From assembly GCA_973895155.1 (NCBI GenBank), contig OZ316895.1:23324558-23388557 (forward strand): DNA of 64,000 nt, in the 5' to 3' direction. Within the stretch, counting starts at the first letter, position 1. Each line of letters opens with the position of its first letter. A program made the translations under genes and the position numbers. The DNA is from Marsupella aquatica. Taxonomy: Eukaryota > Plantae > Marchantiophyta. The notes beneath the pieces were generated by a model, which saw nothing but the letters and a program-made list of their open reading frames with translations, was not told where the DNA came from and did no database searches. This document shows, one piece after another, positions 1-14,700 of the stretch.

Positions 1-344
1 CTCACACACCATTGCACCTTGTCGTTGCTCACACCCCAACAGCTGCACATGCCTACTCTTGCATTGGGTTCACCTCTTGCCTAGGGTCCAAGCTCTCCTC
101 CCTCTCACCTCTACCCTTTAACCAACAATATTTTGACCAAGCTTTTCACTCTACTTTCCACCTTCAATAACAACACTTTCCTTACCGACAGCCTTCCTAA
201 AAATGCGACTTGAGGGGGAGGGAGAAAAAAGAAGGGGAGGAGAAGGGGGAGAAATAGAATAAAGGGAGGGGAGGGATTGAGTGCTGAAATTATCACACAA
301 TAATCATTAATTAGCTAGAAAGATTAAAAAATGTAAATTGTTCA

Positions 345-436
345 TTTTCTGTGGGGTTTCACAGATTTCCCCTTAAATTATTATATAAAAAAATGAGGTT
401 TCACAGATTCTCCCTTAAATTATGATATAAAAAAAT
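345..436. repeat. Short tandem duplication (~45 bp unit); its first part is repeated in inverted orientation at ~2663-2685
   Basis: ggtttcacagat(t/tc)cccttaaattat(t/g)atataaaaaaatg occurs twice. tttctgtggggtttcacagattt (~346-368) is the reverse complement of aaatctgtgaaaccccacagaaa (~2663-2685). Confidence 0.6.
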
Positions 437-1899
437 GTCTACAGTAGATGATTATTCCTCACCTGGTCTTCTTGCCCGTTACAAACTTTCTCCTTCAGGC
501 TTCTCATTCCTGACCTCCTGTCAACCAGAAAATCAGAAAACCCTACCCCGACTCTCCTCCTCGCTTGCACTGCACATTCTTTCTCTTTTGACTTTTGTCC
601 CCACTCACCATGCAGACCATCATCTCTCTTCCCAATCTGTCCAACTTCTTCCTCCCATGAAGAAGTTGGACAGATGAAGTATTTGCTGCCTTGTGTGTTG
701 ACGACATGGATTCAAAGGCAACACTTGAATCACAAGAACATTTTCCAAAAAGGACAACACTTCCATGCAACTAAGTCTCCAAAGATTTCCAACTTTTTTG
801 CCTGCCACTACAGTTCAATTTACTATTCCCCTGCAATCTTCCCTCAACCACAACACTTTCTCTTTGACAACAGTTCCACTTAACACTATCTCAGTTAACA
901 ACATTTTTACTTAACTACACTTCCTGTTAACTACTTTGTGCATCCCAAACTCTATGGTCCTCATTGTCGTGCCATCAGCCTCCCCTCTCTCCAGGCTTAC
1001 CCAAACTATTGGACTGATAACACTTTTGCAATGACGAAGTTTCACATCACTAACACATGTTCTAATGGGTCATGCTCTGACCATCTTTGGCATTGACAAC
1101 ACTTTGTTTACCGTTAGTTCCACTCATAGTGAGAACAATACAACGCTTCAGAATAGATTATATGAATTTCCACTAACAAAATTTATGCAATAACAACATG
1201 GCCACAACAAGAACTTTGCCACTCAGAGGCATTGGACAAGTTTGCATACAAAGTCCACCACTCTAAAACAATTTAGCACGTCTTAGGCAACGGGTTTAAT
1301 TTAATATAGAGTCAAAATGCCCATGCTTCATTGGTCCTAATTGGTTTTTTTTTCTTAATGAGGAAATCTCTTGAGTGGCTGCAAGTGACCCGATAGGTGG
1401 GGGAAACTCAGTTTTATATCTTCATATTTTTATATTTTTCAGTTGGTCCTAAATATTTTATCCTTCATTATTGGATTCGAAAGCAGATCCGAACTCATGC
1501 AGTCCTAAAAGGGCTTTAGGACGGATGTCGTCAGGACTACCTAAGTCAAGGCAATAATTGCCATTGTTGATCACCTGCGTGGGGCCTGGCCATCAGGGCA
1601 ATTGGTCAGGGGTGACGTGCGACCACCTGGTGTCAAGGTCAATTGCAGCCAATGCCCACCCACCCCCCCCCCCCCCCAAAAAAAAAAACAAACGGGTTCT
1701 TCTAAAGCTTACTCATCAGTTTATAGACGGGTTCTGCTCACCAAAGTGACTCGGGTGGGGTCAATGTGTACTACTTCACAGGCTGGAGCTTGCGTTAGTT
1801 TAAGAGTTATCTATAAAAATGCGAAAGTATGAACGGGGTGCTTGAAGTAGCTTAAGAATTATTTTAAAAACTATAAAAGTATAAATGGGGTGTTTTTTC

Positions 1900-2274
1900 T
1901 GTTGGAGATAATACATATTCCCGAAATATCATGCACATGTGAACACCATACAAAGTAGTCAACACAACGAGTACGTGGTTCATCTCATGACCGAGACTAT
2001 GTCCACGGGAAAGCAAGAAACTTTTATTTCTCTCTTGCTCCACTTCAACAATGAACGTGGTTCATCTCATGACCGAGACTACGTCCACGGGAAAGCAAGA
2101 AACTTTTATTTCTCTCTTGCTCCACTTCAACAATGAACTGAAGATCCACCAGGGGCTGACATCAGCCCTGGTTATATATAGCATACATCACTGTTAACCT
2201 AATCTAAGTCCTAATTTGAGTTAGCCTAATTGCGATTAACTCTAGAGTCACAAGACTACGAACAATACTCAACA
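1900..2274 (-). mobile_element. Solo LTR (retrotransposon remnant) containing an internal 82-bp tandem duplication
   Basis: Termini are tgttg...caaca (TG..CA, 5-bp inverted ends). Flanks are tttc/tttc (1896-1899, 2275-2278). The minus strand has a TATA-like ctatatataa and AATAAA. An 82-bp unit is repeated at 1973 and 2055. Homologous to 17177-17519. Confidence 0.65.
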
Positions 2275-5200
2275 TTTCCTACCTGCCACCAGGGTTGCAT
2301 TGCTTGCTCTTGTGCGGTCTTATTTTTTGAGAAAAAAAGTGACTATTGCTGATGGTGTCAGTAATCATTGCTTAAATAAAAGAGTAATCAGACTTCTTGC
2401 CTTGAATATTTCTTTCTACTCATTATCTTGCCAGCAATATTTTGGAAAGAAGAGCCACACTATTTGACAAACAACTCAGATGGACAAAGTTTAAAATGTT
2501 GCTTTGAAGTAACATATTATCTTTTCTTTGTATAAATAGTGGCACTTGGGTCTCAAAAGATGCTACATTAGGTCCAACTGAGTTACGTGGTTACACATCG
2601 TGATGCCAGTTGTTTCCCCTCATCTTTGGAATAGCTGATTTTAATTTTAATTTTTTAAAGGTAAATCTGTGAAACCCCACAGAAAGGATGAGTCAGCCAC
2701 AATAGTTGAACCCAAGGCCTATCAGTCTCTACTCAAGTGAGTTACGACAAAGTCATGCCTCTCTGGGCCGGAATAGCTAATTTTTAGACTGAATAAAGTG
2801 AAGTCTAAGGATTCAATAGTGGTGAATGGCAGGGATTTTTCATAATTTTTCCCTTGGTACTCTTTGCCAGCCCTTTTCCCAGACACCAATTACTAAGGTA
2901 GTTTCTCATATCCTCATCACCATTCTCCCTGCTATTCATGCTTTGTGTTTCACACTAAGCATGTCCCTCATCACTTGGTCTCATTTTGCACCTCATCACG
3001 CATTGAATCAAGATGTTTTGTCATTGGACTTCCAAACATTCTCTCAAAGTTTAAGGCTTTTAGAGAATAAACCACAAGTGTCCCTTCAAGAACTATGGGT
3101 TACCGGTAGGATCCAAATAGAAACAATAATTCTTTGTTGAAATACTGGAGCAAAATGGCACCTTGGAGGCAAGAAGTGAATGAAATGTGGAAAGGGGAGG
3201 AATCTTGAACCCCCTCATATATGGGTAGTTGTTGTTTAAATCAGCGTCGTTTTTAGTGGCAAATTTGGCAAATTCCACCACCCCAAAAAGCTTTGGCCAT
3301 TTTTTGCAAAATTGGCTAGTATATTTCTGTCTCATTAGCCACTGTCCCACCTAATCACAGACCTCATTAGCCAGAATCTAACGGTCATCCTTAAACCTAG
3401 GGAGATCTGACGGTCAGGAAAAGAATCAGATAAGAAATATTTTGAGCTTCTTCTCCTTTACAGAAATTCACCATCTAGCGAAAAATTAAGAACCTTAGAA
3501 AATACACTCTTAGACTCTCTTCGAACCCGTGGGTATGCCACGTAAGCATGCTACTGTGCCAGGCAGACCCATTGTTATGCCTTATGGACAGACAACATAT
3601 AGCAAATTGATTTTGGGTATTATTAGTTACGTCCAAACCAGTGACCCAATCCACCCTTGGAGATGCCCTCATTGAAGAGAACTTAATACGACAAGGGGGG
3701 AGTTACCATTCATTACACATAGTCCCTGGTTGTCTAATTTACACAAGTCAAAACTAGAATCTCCTAGAAAGCGTGTCGAGGGGAGTCTTATCCTCAGACG
3801 GGATGTCCAGCCAAACATTTGACTCTTTGTGTACAAAGCATGCCATTTACAGCTAAATTTCTGGATTACAGTAGCTCAGGCAGTCAGGCACACCATTTGC
3901 TAAATTTCTGGAGTATCCCCACTTAGTATCACTGTTAATAAAAAACGGCGACAGCTGGTCAATCCCAGAAAGCTAGGTACCTGGTCAATTGGACAACTTC
4001 ATTGACACAGTCAGGGGGCCAACCATGTTCTTTAGCCATCAACTATCCAACTGTGAGGCAACAACAATCCATAAGTCGTTATATGGGCGTCGCCACAAGA
4101 ACTGTGTTGATGAATTTTTCTACTAGGATTAGCTCCATCCAAAAATCCTAAATTTTAGTATACAGGCTAGGCCCCCCCAAAAAGTGTTTGTAGCCCAGGT
4201 TTTGAGGCGGCTGTTATTGCCCGTAAGGCCCGGTAACAAGCACGTACTATCTTGTCATCAGTGAAAGATTTGTTCACTCCTATTTTGTATTTTGTTTCTC
4301 CTTTCTTCCCACTTGAGGACAAACCCATCTTTCATGCAAGTTTAGATTTTACTTTGTTTACCAAGGGAAAATCGAGGACAAGTCTCAAAATGCCTCTTTG
4401 TGACGGGGATCCTCTTCCGTGCATAAAGCTCAAAAAATATACAAAGAGACAAGTTAGCCAACCAATAGCATAGATGTAGGAGACCCAAACCCAAATCCAA
4501 GTTGTGGTCTGGGCGATTACTCCCGCTTTATTGGGTTTTGCTTCTCCTCTAAGCAAAGTGCTCCATTCAAGAAAAGAAAACCCGACTCAACGTGAGCTCA
4601 GTGAACTCAGCTTGACCCATTGAGTGAAGTTGAGAGTTTAGTTTGATCTCCTAATAAATTTGATCTCCAATGGATGGAAGTGGCTCAGCTAAGTCTTGGA
4701 TGTCAATGGAGCTGGAGCTGACAAAATTCAACTTGACCTATTTTAGTCACAACAAATGGATGCAATTTGATATCCCACAAAGTTTGTCTTGAATGGATGG
4801 GGCTCTGGTAAGGCCCAAATCTAAATGGCGTAATTGAATACAAGCTCAACTCAAAATCTTTTATACAACTCACACTGGGTGCTAGTTGATTTAACAGAGA
4901 TTATCTTGAATTTGTGGGACTTCACTAAAGCAGGAGCTCGGGGGAATCCTGATATAAACTGAGGACCTGCTTGACCAAAATAAACCATTGCTGATCTCCC
5001 AGAAAAGTTGATCCATCACAGATGTGGCACTCAATCAAATCATAAACTCAACTTGGTTGGTTTTGGTTTTGAATGGAATTCTTCACTCACAATAAGGAAA
5101 GGGGGGAAAGAAACTCCTATACATCAAGAAACAAATGATGTAGTTACACGGATCCATCCAGGTATGGATACTGATTTGCAATCAAATCTACTGTTCATGG

Positions 5201-5462
5201 TATACTATTTAGAGTGAAGTTGTAGTTTCTCTGGTAACAGAGGATTTATATATTCAGACTATGCTTGTCACTATTTTGAGCAGTGACGGTTGTCGGAAGA
5301 ATGTAAGCTACTCCAGAGTACACGCATGCATATTAGGGCTAGTCTCTTTCAACATTCAAATCCATATGTTATTAAAAATTGCGCCAGAAAATTCTTTTGA
5401 GTTTTAACAAGTACTCCAAAACAGTTTGTGCGTCACTGGTCCCAAATTCCAATGATTATTTG

Positions 5463-5792
5463 TTTTTGGCGCTACGAGAATGGCACTACGGTACTGTGCA
5501 TAGTAGGTACAGAATCAGGGTTATAGCCTAAATATCAATAATTGTGTAGTGTATGAGACATCGCAGCATCAAAATATTCAATTATCATTCTCCCCATGTA
5601 GTTTTTAATTATATACAGTTAAAGTCTGTCTTTACAGCAAGATGTTTAAGATATTCTCAACATTTACATCACAAACAACTCACAGACAAGTCCTCTAAAA
5701 TAGTTGTGAGTGGGTCCAAAGTATAATAATAATATATATTTTTGCGCTAACGAGAATTGCACTACGATACTATGCATAGTAGGTACAGTATC
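5463..5792. repeat. Pair of ~55-bp direct repeats (5463-5516 and 5738-5792)
   Basis: ttttt(g)gcgcta(a)cgagaat(g/t)gcactacg(g/a)tact(g/a)tgcatagtaggtacag is present twice, ~275 bp apart. Confidence 0.6.
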
Positions 5793-7569
5793 CTAGTTGC
5801 GACAAGGGATGGCCCAGTCCGAGCTAAAGAAGAGGCCGGCAGCCAGGTAGCAAGCCCGTGTAGGAAGCTTCCGAGGAATCGTCTGTCAAGTTGGGCCCTG
5901 GTGTGGTTCCTTTCCTCCAAAGAGGGGATTCTAATAATAAAGTGCGGTATAGTGTGGGCAGCGCCGTGCCCACGCCAAAGTGCTCTAGGTTGCCGAGTCA
6001 GTCGTCCGTGCCCTCTCTTTCTCTCTTTCTCTCTTTGCGAGTCACGTCAGCACTAGGGCATGTCAAACCTGGGACGAGTCAGAGAAACCACGGTCACGAT
6101 GAAGTCTCCCGTGAGCTCGACCAGGGGTGAAAACGACGACCCTTGATATGTGAAGCTTTTTCGGGCTCATATCTTTTCTCAATTGTGATTCGAATCAAGC
6201 GAAAATAGGCTTTGTTATTAGCAAGCCTGTGAAATACTCTTTCGAAGGCGCTACAGTGGACCTGATAATACTATTCTTGTAATTGTTATATTCAGTGCGA
6301 AATCTCACTGGAAAACGGACGACGGGAAAAAACTGGACGGGACGTCTTTCTATTCGAGGACTCGCGACCTCTCTACCCGTGGCGAGTGCCCATGGGTAGG
6401 CCCTCCCAGTCCGTCGTTTCTAAGTTTGACCCGTTACTAACTACAGTGGTCTGGCCAGAGTTAGTCTGGCCAGAGTTTTGCCCGCACGAGCACGCAGTCG
6501 CAGACACAGTCGGACACTCGTGAAGTGGAGGACACAGGCACACAGCGTTGCACAGTCTGTTTGGCAGTCTTGGCCCACGCTTCGTGACAAGTTGACTGGC
6601 TTTTTATAATTGTGATACCAGCCTGAAGCAGCGGGATCCGGGAGCTCCAAAATTGATACCCAGGTGTGGCATGGAGCTCCTCAGGGAAAACTTCAGCGGA
6701 CCCACCTGAGCCTGAGCGCAAAATTCGGGTCTCTTTCTGTACTCCCACTCTTCCAAAGTTCCAAGTCATCGAAAGCGTTTGATCGAGGTTTGACTGGGCC
6801 GATAGCAGCTAGTGTGTTGATTTTGTGAGTGGAACCTATTCAAAGATTTGAGGGGGCAGCAGCGGCAGTGGGGTAGTAGAAACTAGAAAGGTCGCTGGAC
6901 GGACAGGCAGGCAGAAGACCACGCGGCATTGAATTCGATGCCATCGGCAAGCAATTAAAGGAAGGTGTCCCCGTCATTACGCTGCGTTGTTGAGAGGCAC
7001 TACTCACTAGTGACTGCCGCATAGCTGGTTTCTCTAGACTGGTTCGCCTGTAAAAGGAAGGAGGAGCAAGAGAGTTTCGGACTTTCGGGCGTCGGGAGTC
7101 TTTCGGTGCTGCAGCAGCAGCTTGCATCAGGTTCGGTGGAGAGTTGTTGTGGGGTATGCAGCTGCCTTTAAATCGTGAACCAGGCCAGCTTGTCGTGCAC
7201 TGTGCTGTTGTACTCCTCAATTCCTTTCGCGCTACTACTACTGCCGCATAAGTGCAGACAGCAATTGATTACCGCCCAGCTACCTCCATTCTATTCTCCA
7301 CTCGTCCATCTTTCATTCTTTCGTGCAGACTCGACTCGGCGGTACAGCCATTCATTGATTGCAGAGCAGCTGGGTCAGTACACTAATTACTGGTCCCTAG
7401 CTTGCAGAGCGTCCCTCCAGATCCTCGACACACACGACCGCTGATTGCTGAACCTGTGCCATTGTCGATCTCCTGCTGCACCAGGCGAGAAGCGTGGGCT
7501 GTAGATTACTGCCCAGCCATCTGCGTTCTCTCGCCTCATCAACAACTTCTCGGTGCTGCTCCTTCATTG

Positions 7570-8082
7570 GTGAGTGATCCTATTATTCATGGTCTTTGAG
7601 TTTGGTCTTTGGCTATCAGTGTTTGGTGGACGAGTGGCATTCTTGAGAATCTTATCTCCCGTCTGCTACATTCAAAGGACGCAAATTTCTATAGCTCTCG
7701 CTCTGGTACTTAGTGTTCTGTCCCAGTTCCGATGCTAGGCATTACTTCGTCCGCTTCAGAGAGAATCACGGCTTGGTTGCCCGAAGCTTGTAATCCTCAT
7801 GTGTTTTGACGACGATTTGTGTCATCGGTGGCCAAGCTGTCTCTTAGATTTGTGGGATGCCAAATTTCGTGTGATACAGGTTTGGTAGTTCTGTCGGTAT
7901 AGCTTCTTTTTCTGAGGTAGCATTGCTGTTTCCGCATGAGTGAGCAGCGACTGGCCTCTCGCTCTCGACATTTCTGCATTGTACTTGATTGCGTGCCGAG
8001 GATTGCATGCTGGAATTCAATCGATTCCCCCCCCCCGCCCCCCCCTCCCCCACTGACTCGTGGCTATTGGTGACCTGTGCAG
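7570..8082 (+). other. Probable 5'-UTR intron of the O-methyltransferase gene
   Basis: Donor cattg|gtgagt at 7570; acceptor ctgtgcag| at 8082, 9 nt upstream of ATG 8092. A TATA-like tttaaat lies at ~7167. Confidence 0.5.
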
Positions 8083-8091
8083 AAGAGCATC

Positions 8092-10751
<2,660 letters not shown>

Positions 10752-10924
10752 CTTATAGGGTCATTCATTTCTCTAAGCAGACAGGGTATTCTTTTTCTCC
10801 GGCTGGTTCTTTCGGTGGAAAATCATCTGAGAGAAGATATTGGACGGGCAAAACGGGTTTCCAAGCCAGACGGAGTCTTGAGTTCGGTGACAGCTGAACG
10901 AAGCTTAATTCTTATTAGGTTGAG

Positions 10925-13170
10925 AAAACTCAACATTGTTATTTCCCTGGGTACTCTACTGAAGATAGGGGACCAGGTGACTACTTCATAAATACTGTGT
11001 ACAGATTGATTACTTCAGTGCCTGACGAATCGGTTATTCTTCCCGGAGTTTAGTTTGCTTCGCAACAACGCGAGAGGATCGTCGCAATTAGTTCATGCCG
11101 TTTGTCGACCCTAAGAAGCCATCCTCGTTGCTCCGGCTCGTCTGTCACTACGGCCATATTGCAAACGCAGTTCGAAGAGACTGAGAATATGGGCACAAGC
11201 TCCGCGTTGGGAGGAGAGTTCAGGAATCCCACTCGGTTCTCTTCGCAGTAGTGCTCCAGCTCATGAACGAAGCAGACGTGGGTATCTTCTCGGAATCTAT
11301 GAGGTACTGTCATGGAGAGGTTCAGCCAAAGCAGTCTTTGCGAAGGGTCTCTTGTAAATTGATCATGTTCCTTTTACCGAGTGACTGAATAATTCGGGAT
11401 CGACGACAGTACTTTTTTCGCTCGACTCTCACTGAAGAAATGTGCATAAAAGGATTAGGGAACAATACGTGGTTTACACAGATGTGCCAGCCACGTACAT
11501 TCATTAGCATTATCTCTCTGCTGAAGCGCGTGCATACGCAAGTGAGGTTCTCAACTTCACTATATGAATTCTCCAACAAGATGAAATTTATACTTTATTA
11601 AACATTTGGGTATGAGACTCCAAGGATGTGTTCGATATTGTGAAATCCTATTGTACATGTGAATCCTTAAATAGGAAGTCTGTTTTCGTCCAGTCTCAAA
11701 TAGTTCAATGTCTCGTAAGAACGATTATCCTACATTGTTAAGGGTGAGAATGTTGGTAAATGGATTACAGTACACATCTATTTCACGAGTCCCAATCATT
11801 GTGAATTGCACTGAATGTGAAAGAACACGTTCTGTATCGATAGACGAGCAAACTGGATAATCTCCATGAAGTTTCAATTTAAGGCGACCACTGTAGGCAG
11901 GGATTCATCTCCGTATCATCTCCCTAATGCCCAAATTCACAACTGAATTGACATGAAGCCATTGCTTTACGAACAGATTTCGTTGTAGAAAAGGTGGGTG
12001 CGCCTGACTTAGGATACCTGCCCGAACATTCTCGGCAGACAAGATTTTCGTTGAGGCTGAATATCCCTCTGCAGTGCATCTGCTGTAGAACAGTGGCCCC
12101 AACGGCTTCGATCTGGAAAGCTTAGAGCGTTACCGACTTTCCAGCGATTCCTGTGGGAAGGATTAAAAAAGTGAAATGAAATGATGCAAACGGAGGTCAA
12201 GATCGAGAGTCCGCATGGGAACCTACAGGTCTAACAACTTACTTTTCTGCATCTGCCTGCAAATTGACTTACACAACATGTGCAACCCTCTTGTGGTACA
12301 CTTTATTTCCTTTCCTAAAAAATCTTTTTGAGGCCCGTTGAACAGGACCGCATTGTAGTACAGTTTTTTTCTCTTTTAGAAGCAAACCCACTCGTCAAAT
12401 GTGAGCAGATCGAGGAGCAGTTTGGAGACCGAAAGTGCCTCTCTGTCGATCGATATGCTGTGTTGGCTCTACTTTTCCAATTGCTCAAGCACTTTGAATC
12501 CAGCCATGTCCACTGTAGCACTGATACGGTGTTATTCCTCATGTCAAAGCAAACATGGTGCGAGAGACAGATGTTCTACCTCGAATATAGAGTACCGTAG
12601 TGCTTGTTACACTACTCATCCGCGATTCAGTTTTTTAGGAGGTTTCCTAAATCACTCAATTACCCAAAGAAAATTCAACCAAATGCGCAATTGCATTATG
12701 CCTTTGTAGCATCATTTCTCCACAGTGAAGGGAGTCAAATCGTTTAATTTATTTCTCAACGCGGATCGATTAATCATCAATTTACTTTTTCCCGCGTAAA
12801 AAACGTTTTAAGTGTTACCAAGCACTACGGTTTCTACACAATCATCTTCAATCGCTCACACGATGACGACATGTTGAAACCGTACCGGTCGATCTTTCTC
12901 AGAGAATGAACCGTCCTAGTTGCTGAAATGTCGGCTTCTCAGATCGTTCTTGCATGCAGTTACCCATGAGGTGCTTCTCATTAAGACATCCTGACACACG
13001 GTGGAGGAGATGTAGATCACTACAGAAGTAGATGGATCATTATAATGGTACCTGGGACTTAATTAATTGTATGACGACATGATCATTCGGTTACTTTCTG
13101 AAACGTGAGGTCACATAATTATCCTTCAGATAAGTGCACCCAACTTCGCATTTATTCTCTTTGTGTTGGT
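10925..13170 (+). pseudogene. Copy 1 of a duplicated segment; probable decayed BTB/POZ-BACK (POB1/LRB-like) gene
   Basis: Clear nucleotide identity to 19575-21125. Broken translations such as QESHSVLFAVVLQLMNEADVGIFSESMRYCHGEV resemble a BTB core, and EEQFGDRKCLSVD...SSHVHCSTDTVLFLMSKQTWCERQMFYLEYR resembles a BACK domain. Many stops and frameshifts. The duplication is certain; the family call is by eye. Confidence 0.4.
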
Positions 13171-14029
13171 GCATGACTACTTGTAATAGGGCACATTGGG
13201 TTCCTTGCTTCTACAGTAAACTTTAGAGACCCTGTTACTTCGCTTTTAATTACCAAGAAGAGGGGAGATTGATACGAATTACCACGTACTTTCAAGCCCA
13301 AACAAAACACAGATCTATCTTCTTCGTTCTGAACGACGATTCATCAAATGATTACTGAAGCACAAACTGAACTAACCCACTCACTTGCCCGGGGCATTCG
13401 TCACGAAATGGGTTGATCACGAAATTCATCGAGAAATGTTTCCCATATATTTGTCGTAACAATCCGACAGAGTTTCATGTTTTCATTCTTCGTAGGTGAT
13501 GAGCTTTCAGACGTTCCAAGATACGAAACACAAAAACTTGTAGATGTCTGAAATGTCAGTTCGGGAAGTTGTAGCTCACAGCAAAGTGCTCCACGTGATT
13601 CCGCCATCATCCCTCTCACATAGTTTGGACTGATTTCGTCGGTTTTCATCTGCGTGTAGATATTGCTGAAGCATCTGAAGTAGGAATGGGATTTGAAGCG
13701 ACAAAAGCACAGTGTTCGAGGAACGACCGAATTCGGTAGTTAAAGGTGTCGACCTTTCCAGATACAGACCCACTCTGAATGTACAGTACAAATCTGGTGC
13801 ACGTTCTGAAGATTAGGGAGTGTGTTTTCTTAGAGAAACTTTGGGGATTCACTCCACCTACTGTGTGCGTCTTCATGAATGGACTGTGAAGGTCTGAAGG
13901 AAGTGGAACCGGCCGCATGCATGTTTCTCCAGCCCTCATGCAGTTCACTGTGGTGACATTTTCCTCGATAGCTTCAATACTTCAATACATAGAACACTTG
14001 CCAAAGAACAGAAAGCATCCCAGCTGGAG

Positions 14030-14700
14030 ACAGGAGCCAATAATGGCAATAAAAGGGGGAGACATTTTACTCGATCGCTGCGAGAGTTTAATTAGTTCAC
14101 TTTACAGAACACTGCCAAACAACAAAAAGGGTCATACATGGCGAGCCCAATGCATGGCAAGAAACCCAGTAAAAGGGGAGGCATTAGCCCAATGCATGGC
14201 ATAAAACCAAGAAAAGGGGGAGGCATTAGGGCTAGGTTCTATGGGCCAGGGGTAGGGACTACAATCACTCTCTGTGACAATGCTAGATGCCAAGGTGTAC
14301 ATAGTATTTCAAATATGCCAAGGTGTATATAGTATTTCAAATGTATGAATTCTGATTTAGTTCCCAATCAGAATGCTCTGTACTGTTCCTATGCAGGGGC
14401 AAGGGTACCCTTGACTAACAGGGAGTGTGAAAAGGAAAATCTTATTCATAATTACAATATTTGTACACCCTTCGATCCCGGACAAGCTGCACCCTTATTG
14501 GCCTAAACATTCTGACACACATCCCTAGTCCTCACTCCCAGCCCCATGGAACCTAGCCCTTACTTAGCCCAATGCATGGCTAGAACCCCAGTAAAAGGGG
14601 GAGACATTAGCCCAATGCATGGCAAGAAACTAATTAAAGGGGGAAATATTAGCCCAATGCATGGCAAGAAGCCCAGGAAGAAAAAAGGGGAAACAAAAGA
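14030..14700. repeat. Minisatellite of ~43-bp units, interrupted by a MITE
   Basis: About 5-6 copies of ttagcccaatgcatggcaagaaacccagtaaaagggggag(a/g)ca at ~14140-14228 and ~14563-14690, plus a degenerate copy at ~14035. Confidence 0.75.
14229..14559. mobile_element. Tourist-like (PIF/Harbinger) MITE, 331 bp
   Basis: TIRs gggctaggttctatggg... / ...cccatggaacctagccc; TTA target-site duplication at 14226-14228 and 14560-14562; no coding capacity. Confidence 0.8.

Noticed and set aside
6054-6439. Possible hAT-like element starting tagggcatgtcaaa (same 14-mer at ~40333)
   Set aside because: The right end matches only partially and no 8-bp TSD is visible.
13330-13980. Chain of short minus-strand ORFs (13401-13948)
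   Set aside because: No recognisable family and no consistent splice structure; possibly a pseudogene fragment but unsupported.
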